Part shown: in pieces, positions 8,206 to 16,073 of the stretch
Numbering within the stretch: the first letter of the stretch is position 1
Layout: every line of letters begins with the position of its first letter
Origin: Candidatus Omnitrophota bacterium
GTDB taxonomy: Bacteria > Omnitrophota > Gorgyraeia > Gygaellales > Profunditerraquicolaceae
Direction: 5' to 3'
Length of the DNA stretch: 64,000 bases
NCBI GenBank assembly: GCA_041662125.1
Contig: JBAZTA010000003.1
Location: 7,992 to 71,991 of the forward strand
The notes under the pieces: generated by a model
The model's input: only the letters and a program-made list of their open reading frames with translations
What the model was told of the DNA's origin: nothing
Databases searched by the model: none
Program-made: the position numbers and the translations under genes

Positions 8206-9129
8206 ATGAATCCTCAGACCACTAAATTCCCTTCACTAAAGAAAGTATACAATAATACTTTTAGCTTCTTAAAACACAATAAGTTACTATTTATTCCCTT
8301 TATTATCTTTTCAATCCTTGAACTGCTCGCGTTGATTTTTATCTACATTTCTCCCCGTATGCCGTTTGTTATTGTTTTAGGACCGCCTATCAAAGCATTT
8401 TTTGGAGCGCAATTCTTGCATTATCCCATGAATTTTGTTTTAATTCCAAAATTAGCGGGTATCTCGCGAAGTGTTTTGTCGATATTAGTGGGGGCACTTT
8501 TAAGCGCGGTGGCAGTGCAAGTCATTTTTAATCTTTATGAGAAGAAAACGGTAAGGATGATCAATGTCTTTAAAGCGTTACTGAAGAAATATGCTTCTTT
8601 GTTTCTTGTCGTATTGGTCATAACTATAGTATTTCATGGAGCTTTACAATTACCCGCATTAGGTTTAAAGTCATATTTTCTCACCGGCCACAAAACACTC
8701 TTATTTTTAAAACCAGCCATGTGGTTTGGTTCGATTTTAGCAGGTATTAGTTTTATAATTTCAATCTTTGTTCAGGGTTGTTTTGCTTACGTGATCCCGG
8801 TTTTGGTGATTGAAAAAGTAAATCCCTTCAAAGCGCTCTTGAGATCATGCGGTTTATTCTTTAAGTCTTTCTTTCCAACCATTATGTTAGTCGGTATCCC
8901 CATGTTGGCGTATGTGCCAATTATTATTTTGCAGTATAATACGCTTTTCATCATAAATAAGTTTTACCCGGAATTAGTGTTGTTTGTTGCTTTGCTAAAT
9001 GTGTTGGTTACTTCTTTGTTTGTCGATGTATTGATCACTGTTTCTACAACTTTGTTTTACCTTACCTATAAAGATAACTTAACACAAGGTAAGAAAACGT
9101 TGAATATAGCTCAAGAGACGCAAAAATGA
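8206..9129 (+). CDS. Polytopic integral membrane protein, function unknown
   Basis: Roughly 8 predicted hydrophobic helices. No recognisable catalytic motif. Confidence 0.5.
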   Translation: MNPQTTKFPSLKKVYNNTFSFLKHNKLLFIPFIIFSILELLALIFIYISPRMPFVIVLGPPIKAFFGAQFLHYPMNFVLIPKLAGISRSVLSILVGALLSAVAVQVIFNLYEKKTVRMINVFKALLKKYASLFLVVLVITIVFHGALQLPALGLKSYFLTGHKTLLFLKPAMWFGSILAGISFIISIFVQGCFAYVIPVLVIEKVNPFKALLRSCGLFFKSFFPTIMLVGIPMLAYVPIIILQYNTLFIINKFYPELVLFVALLNVLVTSLFVDVLITVSTTLFYLTYKDNLTQGKKTLNIAQETQK

Positions 9130-9974
9130 AAAAAACATTGTTTTCTAAAATTGTTTTTATTTTTATGGTTGTCTTCCTGGTTGGATGTTCATCGAATGAT
9201 CAATATTCTGTTGAGAGAAAATACTGGAAGATCAAAAAGCTGGCGGAGAAAGTTTTTAAAAATCCGGTAGCAACTCCTCCAAACGAATTAGAGCGTGTTG
9301 TCAGCCGTTCTGAAGAATTCATTAAGGAATATGCGGCCAATCCCTTATCAATAGAAGCCTCTTTTAATATTGCTCGTTTATATATTGTAAAAGAAGAATA
9401 TGAATCGGCCCGTAAGCAATTGCAGAAGATACTTCAGGCAAATAAGAAGTCGCCGGTCATTTGTTCTGAAGCTCTGTTTTTAATCGGTAACGCCTATCAG
9501 TTGCAGGATAAATGGAGCTTGGCTTTAGAGCAGTATAAGAAGATCACCCGGGAATATCCGACTACGGTCAAGGCCCTTGATATACCTATATTTATTGCCC
9601 AGAATTATAAGGTTAAAAATCAACCTGAAAAAATGATCGTGGCGTATCAGGATGCAATAGGGCAATATAGGACGCTCATTGAAACGTATCCAAATTCTTT
9701 GTTAGCATTTAATGCCTATTTGTTAGTAGCTCAATGTCATATAGCTTTAAAAGATTGGCAAATGGCCGTTAAAACTTTTGAAACGGTCATTGAAAAGTTT
9801 AACGGTAAGGCAAAAATGGACGGGGCGATGTTTGAGATGGCGATTATATATGCCAAGCAATTAAAAGATACAGGGAAAGCTAAAGAAATACTTGATAGAT
9901 TGAACAAAGAGTATCCAAAGAGCAGGTATAGTAAAGTATCGTTGCTTTTAATTAAGGAGTTGGATAAACAATGA
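9126..9974 (+). CDS. TPR-repeat lipoprotein
   Basis: Lipobox FLVGCSS. Several TPR-like helical repeats. Overlaps its neighbours by 4 nt, so it is co-translated with the two-component system. Confidence 0.6.
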   Translation: MKKTLFSKIVFIFMVVFLVGCSSNDQYSVERKYWKIKKLAEKVFKNPVATPPNELERVVSRSEEFIKEYAANPLSIEASFNIARLYIVKEEYESARKQLQKILQANKKSPVICSEALFLIGNAYQLQDKWSLALEQYKKITREYPTTVKALDIPIFIAQNYKVKNQPEKMIVAYQDAIGQYRTLIETYPNSLLAFNAYLLVAQCHIALKDWQMAVKTFETVIEKFNGKAKMDGAMFEMAIIYAKQLKDTGKAKEILDRLNKEYPKSRYSKVSLLLIKELDKQ

Positions 9975-11179
9975 CAGAACTTCGGATATTAGAGAATAAA
10001 GATTCCGGCGGGATACTTAAGCATTTCTTAAGCAGGACGCTTAAAGAGATAATGTCAGTGGTGCACGCGGAACGCGGGTCTTTGTTTTTGTTTGATTGCG
10101 AGCATAAGGAACTTGTTTTAAACACTTTTTATGTGCCTGAAAATACTGCTTTAAAAGAACTTCGCCAGAGGCTAGGGGAAGGTATTGCCGGGAAAGTTGC
10201 TGATATTAAAATCCCTATTTTAGTAAAAGATATAAAATGCGATTCTCGTTTTAAGCAGAATGGGTTCAGCCATTATCAGACGAATTCATTTATGTCGATA
10301 CCAATTTTTACCTCTGAGCGGCTCTTGGGATTGATCAATTTAGCGGATAAATCAACGGGTGGGCATTTTTCAGAAGAAGACCTGAATTTAGCGGTGACGA
10401 TCTCAAAATACGCCTGCCTTGCCCTTGAAAGCTTGAATAGTTATACCGGATTGAAACAGGAAAAAGAGGCTTTAGACAAGCAGAAAGCGTTATTAGAAAA
10501 GTATGCTTCAGTAGGAAAGCTTGCCGCCGGTATCGTTCATCAGATCAATAATCCTCTTGACGGGGTTATCCGATACGCCAATATTCTGCTCGATCAGATG
10601 GAAGATAATTCCGCGACGAGGGAGTATCTTTTAGAAATTACCAAAGGGCTCAACCGTATTGCTAAGATCACTCGCTCGCTTTTGGAGTTTTCACGCCAGA
10701 TCAATTTAAGTACCTCACATCATAAACACTATGTTGATATCCATACTTTGATAGAGGAATCTTTAGATGTCTTTGGAGAAGTTATTGACGGTACTATTAA
10801 GATCGAGAAGAATTTTGTTGCTGATCTGCCGAAAATCCTGGATTTTGGGTTGTCCCATGTGATAATTAATATAATTGAAAACGCCTTGGATGTTATGCCT
10901 AAAGGAGGCGTTTTATCGATAGAAACCGCGCTTAAAGAGTCCTGGGTTGCTATTACGATCATGGATACAGGTTGCGGTATCCCTGAAGAGGTCTTAAAAC
11001 GGATCTTTGAGCCGTTTTTTACGACCAAAAGTATGGATAAAGGCACGGGGTTAGGCTTGGCGATCAGCCAGGAGATCATTAATAAGTACGGCGGGTCAAT
11101 TAAAGTGCAGAGCGTTGTTAAAAAGGGGAGTTCTTTTACCATTTTAATTCCGAAAACATTCTTAAAAAATGCTGAATAA
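9971..11179 (+). CDS. Cytoplasmic sensor histidine kinase (GAF-HisKA-HATPase_c)
   Basis: N-terminal GAF domain. H-box IVHQINNPLDG. N, G1 and G2 boxes (DTGCGIPEE, GTGLGLAI). Confidence 0.85.
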   Translation: MTELRILENKDSGGILKHFLSRTLKEIMSVVHAERGSLFLFDCEHKELVLNTFYVPENTALKELRQRLGEGIAGKVADIKIPILVKDIKCDSRFKQNGFSHYQTNSFMSIPIFTSERLLGLINLADKSTGGHFSEEDLNLAVTISKYACLALESLNSYTGLKQEKEALDKQKALLEKYASVGKLAAGIVHQINNPLDGVIRYANILLDQMEDNSATREYLLEITKGLNRIAKITRSLLEFSRQINLSTSHHKHYVDIHTLIEESLDVFGEVIDGTIKIEKNFVADLPKILDFGLSHVIINIIENALDVMPKGGVLSIETALKESWVAITIMDTGCGIPEEVLKRIFEPFFTTKSMDKGTGLGLAISQEIINKYGGSIKVQSVVKKGSSFTILIPKTFLKNAE

Positions 11180-12569
11180 CACAAATTTAAATAAAAACGG
11201 GCATATACTTGTTGTTGATGATGAGCCTTTAGTGCGCGGTTCTCTTACGGAACTCTTGACGCTTTCCGGTTATACTGTCAGCGCCGCAAATAACGGTAAA
11301 GAAGCGATCGATTTCTTGAAGAATTATACCGTTGATCTTGTGATAAGCGATATTAAAATGCCGGAAATAGATGGGACACAATTATTAAAACAAATTAAGA
11401 AAGATCATGCGGATACTCCGGTCATTATGATCACCGGGTATGGAAGTATTGAAAATGCGGTCGAAGCGGTAAAAGAAGGGGCGTATGATTATATCACCAA
11501 GCCTATCGTAGACAGCGAAATAAAGCTTGTTATTGAACGATTGTTGAAAGACCGCCAGCTTCATGAAGAAAACATTAAGCTTAAAGAACAATTGTCTATT
11601 TCACAAAGGACGCGTTTTCATAATATTGTCGGTAAAGATGAAAAAATGCAGAAAATTTATTCGTTGATCGAGGCTATTGCCAAAACGAGAGCGACTATTC
11701 TGATACAGGGAGAAAGCGGGACCGGCAAGCGTATGATCGCGCATGCGATACATAAATATAACGAAGTTGAGCGGGAAAAGCCTTTTGTTGAAGTAAGCTG
11801 TGGGGCTTTGACTGAAACTTTGCTTGAGGGCGAGCTTTTTGGCCATGTTAAAGGAGCTTTTACCGGAGCCATTAGAGACAGGATCGGGCGGTTTGAATTA
11901 GCCGATGGGGGGACGATATTCTTAGACGAAATCGACGCTTTTTCGCCGGCGTTACAGGTAAAATTATTACGGGTCCTGCAGGAAGGGGAGTTTGAGCGCG
12001 TTGGCGATACTAAGACTTTAAAGGTTGATGTGCGGGTGATTGCCGCGACAAATCAGAATCTCCAGGATTTGATCAGTAAAGGAACGTTTCGTATGGATTT
12101 ATACTACCGGTTAAATATTATTGCAATTGACCTTCCTCCCTTGCGGGAGCGAAGAAATGATATCCCGCTTTTGGCTGAAGATTTTATTCTGAAACACTCC
12201 CAGCATATCAACAAGAAAATTGAAGGGTTATCTGATGAGGCGTTGTCAATATTAAAAAGTTATCAGTGGCCCGGTAATGTCAGGGAATTAGAAAATGTCA
12301 TAGAGCGGGCGATCATTTTATCCCAGGGGCCGGTGATTACGCGTGAAGATCTGCCGGAATATTTGCATAAGCTCGGGAATACAAACCTGTTGACTTCTGA
12401 AGAAAACTATCTAAAATTAAGAGAAGCTTTAAAATCACCTGAGAAGGATTTAATAGTAAAAGCTCTTGAGTCGGTGAATTGGAGCCGTAATGATGCCGCC
12501 TCGGTGTTGGGGATCAATAGGACGACCTTATATAAAAAGATGTGTAAATATGGACTCTTAAAGAAATAA
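11169..12569 (+). CDS. Sigma-54-dependent response regulator (REC-AAA+-HTH, NtrC/PrsR-like)
   Basis: REC domain with phospho-Asp DIKMPEIDG. Walker A GESGTGKR. GAFTGA motif. C-terminal Fis-type HTH. Confidence 0.9.
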   Translation: MLNNTNLNKNGHILVVDDEPLVRGSLTELLTLSGYTVSAANNGKEAIDFLKNYTVDLVISDIKMPEIDGTQLLKQIKKDHADTPVIMITGYGSIENAVEAVKEGAYDYITKPIVDSEIKLVIERLLKDRQLHEENIKLKEQLSISQRTRFHNIVGKDEKMQKIYSLIEAIAKTRATILIQGESGTGKRMIAHAIHKYNEVEREKPFVEVSCGALTETLLEGELFGHVKGAFTGAIRDRIGRFELADGGTIFLDEIDAFSPALQVKLLRVLQEGEFERVGDTKTLKVDVRVIAATNQNLQDLISKGTFRMDLYYRLNIIAIDLPPLRERRNDIPLLAEDFILKHSQHINKKIEGLSDEALSILKSYQWPGNVRELENVIERAIILSQGPVITREDLPEYLHKLGNTNLLTSEENYLKLREALKSPEKDLIVKALESVNWSRNDAASVLGINRTTLYKKMCKYGLLKK

Positions 12570-12582
12570 CCTTGAGAAAAGC

Positions 12583-13569
12583 ATGAATACAGATGAATTA
12601 GATATAAGAAGTATTATCGATATTAAGAAGTGGCAGCAAATTCAGGATAGTTTTTCCGCTATTACTGAATTGGGGTTACGTGTTGTCGATTCTAAAGGTA
12701 ACGCGCTTACTTTTTCCAGCGGTGAGCCCAGGCTTTGCAGGGAACTTTTGGATGACCCTGCCATTAAAAACCGGGTGTGCGGCAGGTGTTTGCCGACTTT
12801 CCTGGGGGGGAAAGGCGTTGTGGACAGAAATTTGAATTTTGTTACCTGCGCGGGCATGCATAATTGCATAGCCCCGTTGAAAGTAGATAATAAAGTGTTT
12901 GCGTATTTGGTGATGGGCCCGGTTATTTTGGTGAGGCGTAATGCAAAAGAACAATACAAATCGGCTGCTGAAGAATTGGGTTTAGACCTGGATGATCTCT
13001 GGAATGCTTTATTGGAAATAAAGGTTGTTTCTTTTAATTGGGCGCAGTCATTGGTAGAATTTATCAGGGATATTTATGAATATGTCCTTAAACTGGCATA
13101 TCAGGCAAGGTTTAAGAGTAAAGATGTAGTTTCAGTTGATATATTGAAACTCAACCGTATATTAGAGGTTTTACTTGACGCTGCTTTTCAGATCAGCGGC
13201 GCTGATATTGGATCGGTGATGTTTCTTGATGAAAGTAAGAATAAGCTTACTATCCGCGCCTCAAAAGGGCTTTCTGATGAGGTGGTCAGGACTACCAATA
13301 TCGGGTTAGAAGAGGGGGTTTCCGGCATTGCGTTAAAAGAGAAAGCGTCTCTGTTAATCGATGATAACCTCAAAGATAATAGGGTGAAACGGTATCTGCA
13401 CCGTCCGTATATCAGTTCTTCGATGATCATTCCGATCAAGATCAAAAGTGAGATGCAGGGGGTTATTAATTTAGGGACTTTAGCGAGTTCGTCAGTCAAG
13501 TTTAATCTGAGTAGTATGAATTTGATCAATAGGATCGTTGATTTGGCAAGTGTGGCATTGCATTCGTAG
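12583..13569 (+). CDS. Sensory protein with PocR-like N-terminal domain and C-terminal GAF domain
   Basis: N-terminal Cys/His-rich PocR-like segment (CRELL..CGRC..CAGMHNCIAP). C-terminal GAF-like region. No output domain. Confidence 0.45.
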   Translation: MNTDELDIRSIIDIKKWQQIQDSFSAITELGLRVVDSKGNALTFSSGEPRLCRELLDDPAIKNRVCGRCLPTFLGGKGVVDRNLNFVTCAGMHNCIAPLKVDNKVFAYLVMGPVILVRRNAKEQYKSAAEELGLDLDDLWNALLEIKVVSFNWAQSLVEFIRDIYEYVLKLAYQARFKSKDVVSVDILKLNRILEVLLDAAFQISGADIGSVMFLDESKNKLTIRASKGLSDEVVRTTNIGLEEGVSGIALKEKASLLIDDNLKDNRVKRYLHRPYISSSMIIPIKIKSEMQGVINLGTLASSSVKFNLSSMNLINRIVDLASVALHS

Positions 13570-13593
13570 ATTGTAAGTATAGTTTAGCTGTTA

Positions 13594-13727
13594 AAGACCC
13601 GGTCTTGGCTGTAATTTAAAAATACCAGTTAAGACCGGGTCTTTTTGCGTATAAGACCGGGACTTGAATTGTAGTATTTTATCATTGATAAGTCCCGGTC
13701 TTGAAATGTGATTCAGACCGGGTCTTA
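13594..13727. repeat. REP-like palindromic repeat cluster, copy B (three hairpins)
   Basis: AAGACCCGGTCTT...AAGACCGGGTCTT, AAGACCGGGACTT...AAGTCCCGGTCTT, CAGACCGGGTCTTAG. Sits between convergent genes and abuts the rpoN stop. Confidence 0.7.
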
Positions 13728-15065
13728 GCGTTCTTTTCGGAAAGTTGAAGAGAGGATCTTAAGTTCTTCGCGGTATTTTGCGACAGTGCGCCTGGCGAGG
13801 TTTAAGTTATCTTCACTAGAGAGGATCTTTACTATATCCTGGTCGCTTAATGGTTGTTTTTTGTTTTCTTTGTCGATTAATTCTTTAATGCGGCTTTTAA
13901 CTACGGTTGAAGAGATAGATTCGCCGTTTTTATGATGGATGTGGCTTGAGAAGAAATTCTTAAGCGCGATAACCCCGCAGGGAGTTTTCGCGTATTTGTT
14001 CATTACTACCCGGCAAACGGTAGATTCGTGTAAGTCAAGTTTGTCGGCGATCTCTTTGAAGGTGAGCGGCTTCATTTGAGAGAGGTCTTCCCGTATTGCT
14101 TCTCCTTGGATCTCGGTGATCGTATTGACTACCCTGCGTAACGTGCTTTTCCTTTTTTCAATGGCTTTTATCAGTTCAAGGGCTTTACGTAATTTATTGG
14201 TGATGAATTCTCTGGTTTTCGGGTCAAGATCCTCTTTTTTAAGCAGATCTTTGTATAGTTTACTGACAGTCAGGCGAGGGATATATTCATGGTTTATAAT
14301 TATTTCGAATCCATCGCTTTTTTCTTCGATGAGGATGTCGGGGACGATTCTGTGAGCTTCATCAAGGGAATAATTCCGTCCCGGTTTCGGGTTTAATTTC
14401 ATGATCTTTTTAATTGATACTTCGATCTTCTCCAGCGGTTCTTTTAATACTTTCGAAATATGGTTATAGTTTTTTTTGGCAATGTCGTCAAGATGGTGCA
14501 GGCAGATCGCTTTTGTGAGAGGATCGAGTTCATTCAATAATTTTAATTGTATGAGTAAACATTCAGAAATGGTCCTGGCGCCCACGCCTGAGGGCTCAAA
14601 TTGTTGTATTAAGGAAAGCACTTTTTCGATCTTTGCCTCTGAAGCGTGTATTTGAACAGCCATTCCTTCCGTCGAAGATTGTAAATATCCATTTTCGTCT
14701 ATATTCCCGATAATTTCCTGGCCTATTTTAAGCTCTTCGTCTGAATTGGTAAACATGCCTAATTGCCGCAATAAGACATCTTGAAGAGATACTTTGTTCA
14801 TCAAAAGAGACGTGTTGGTTTCGTTATCTTGAGTTTGGGTATTATTGGGTAATGAAGGAGGAGAGTTTAATCTTGCAAGATCTTCCGGTGAAAGAGGGGA
14901 GGTGATCTCTTCTTGAGAAGAAAATTCCTCCAGAACAGGGTTAGTAAGAAGTTCTTCTTCTACCACTTGGTTTAGGTCTAGCAGATGCAGCGTTAAGATG
15001 TTTAACGATTGCCGCATTTCGGGAGCTAAAACCCGCCTGAATTCGAACCTTTGTCTTAATTCCAT
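13725..15065 (-). CDS. rpoN: RNA polymerase sigma-54 factor
   Basis: Acidic/Gln-rich region, core-binding domain, and the C-terminal RpoN box ARRTVAKYRE. Confidence 0.9.
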   Translation of the reverse strand: MELRQRFEFRRVLAPEMRQSLNILTLHLLDLNQVVEEELLTNPVLEEFSSQEEITSPLSPEDLARLNSPPSLPNNTQTQDNETNTSLLMNKVSLQDVLLRQLGMFTNSDEELKIGQEIIGNIDENGYLQSSTEGMAVQIHASEAKIEKVLSLIQQFEPSGVGARTISECLLIQLKLLNELDPLTKAICLHHLDDIAKKNYNHISKVLKEPLEKIEVSIKKIMKLNPKPGRNYSLDEAHRIVPDILIEEKSDGFEIIINHEYIPRLTVSKLYKDLLKKEDLDPKTREFITNKLRKALELIKAIEKRKSTLRRVVNTITEIQGEAIREDLSQMKPLTFKEIADKLDLHESTVCRVVMNKYAKTPCGVIALKNFFSSHIHHKNGESISSTVVKSRIKELIDKENKKQPLSDQDIVKILSSEDNLNLARRTVAKYREELKILSSTFRKER

Positions 15066-15148
15066 TTAATAAGTATAGCATAAAATGTGCCAATTTGCCT
15101 GTTTTGGGGGTATTTTTATAGGAAAGGCGGGTGTGCGGCTTACTGCGT

Positions 15149-15282
15149 CAAGACCCGGTCTTGGCTGTAAATAAGCATACCTGTCAGTGTCATTGCGAGG
15201 AGCCGAAGGCGACGAAGCAATCTTTTTAAAGATTGCTTCGCCCCTACGGGGCTCGCAATGACACGAGCAAGACCGGGTCTTA
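15149..15282. repeat. REP-like repeat copy C with a nested 74-nt compound hairpin
   Basis: Outer arms are CAAGACCCGGTCTT / AAGACCGGGTCTT. The inner unit GTCATTGCGAG...CTCGCAATGAC encloses GAAGCAATCTTtttaAAGATTGCTTC. Confidence 0.65.
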
Positions 15283-15311
15283 TTGACAGTCGTAGTAATC
15301 CATGTTAGTAT
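15283..15311 (+). promoter_or_regulatory. Sigma-70-like promoter TTGACA-N17-TAGTAT
   Basis: Consensus -35 with a 17-nt spacer, about 25 bp upstream of the GTG start at 15334. An AAGGAG RBS lies at ~15323. Confidence 0.4.
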
Positions 15312-15333
15312 AAACACTAATAAGGAGTTATGA

Positions 15334-16068
15334 GTGCATAAAGAAACCATAGGACATAGTGAATTTACCTTTAAGTTTGTTGAAGAACCTGTTTTAATGG
15401 ATCAGGTCTACCGCCTGCGTTTTCAGGTATATTGCGAAGAATGCAAGTTTATTAGAGAAGAAGAATACCCTGATAACCGCGAACAGGATAAATATGACCA
15501 GTACGCGCTTCATTTTGTCGTGGAAGACAACTTTGAAGTAATCGGCACTATGCGGCTGATCCTTGATTCTTCTGTAGGCTTTCCGATCGAAGAGCGCTGT
15601 GGTGCTGACTTAAAATTCGATAAAAAAAGTGTAGCCCGCAATAAGATAGCGGAGATCTCCCGCCTTGTTATCAGTAAAGATTATCGGCGTAGAAAAGACG
15701 ATGGGTTGTATTATACTCCTGAATTTGATGAGAAATCTCTCCTGGGGAATTCGAATAATCCTTTTCGCCGGATCAGGACTATGACCTTTGGGATGTATCG
15801 CGAACTATATCATGAAAGCAAACGTCGGGGCCTGACGCATTGGTACGCGCTCATGGAGAAATCATTGTGGAAATTATTGGACTTGAATGGGTTTACTTTT
15901 AAGCCTATCGGCCAAGAAATTGATTATTATGGTGTGGTGACCCCGTATATTGGAGTTATTGAAGAAATCGAGCGGGAATTTTATAAGAAGTATCCGCAGT
16001 TCTTTACTAAGTTTTTTCTTGATGGTTTAGAAACCCAATTTCATCCGGAATTCCTTTCTTCTGCATAA
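15334..16068 (+). CDS. GNAT-fold N-acyl amino acid synthase-like acyltransferase (FeeM / autoinducer-synthase-like; exosortase-system-associated type)
   Basis: About 240 aa. Sequence pattern FTFKFVEEP...YRLRFQVYCEEC...GTMRLILD...EISRLVISKDYRR is typical of long-chain N-acyl amino acid synthases. It sits directly upstream of an acyl-activating enzyme. Confidence 0.5.
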   Translation: MHKETIGHSEFTFKFVEEPVLMDQVYRLRFQVYCEECKFIREEEYPDNREQDKYDQYALHFVVEDNFEVIGTMRLILDSSVGFPIEERCGADLKFDKKSVARNKIAEISRLVISKDYRRRKDDGLYYTPEFDEKSLLGNSNNPFRRIRTMTFGMYRELYHESKRRGLTHWYALMEKSLWKLLDLNGFTFKPIGQEIDYYGVVTPYIGVIEEIEREFYKKYPQFFTKFFLDGLETQFHPEFLSSA

Positions 16069-16073
16069 AAAAT

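Noticed and set aside
8206-9129. Naming the polytopic membrane protein as an EPS flippase/polymerase (Wzx/Wzy)
   Set aside because: Only about 8 helices and 307 aa, with no recognisable Wzx/Wzy signature. It is left as an unknown membrane protein.
10729-11184. 151-aa minus-strand ORF
   Set aside because: It lies antisense inside the histidine kinase gene and has no motif. The same applies to 16772..17269, 33538..34092, 36257..36772, 41597..42613, 3018..3369, 3460..4101, 14116..14355, 27606..27900 and the other short ORFs embedded in well-supported genes.
13594-13727. Possible CRISPR array suggested by the recurring AGACCSGGTCT units
   Set aside because: The units are palindromic hairpin arms with irregular spacing and no constant repeat-spacer periodicity, and there are no cas genes. 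The pattern fits REP/MITE-like elements, not CRISPR.
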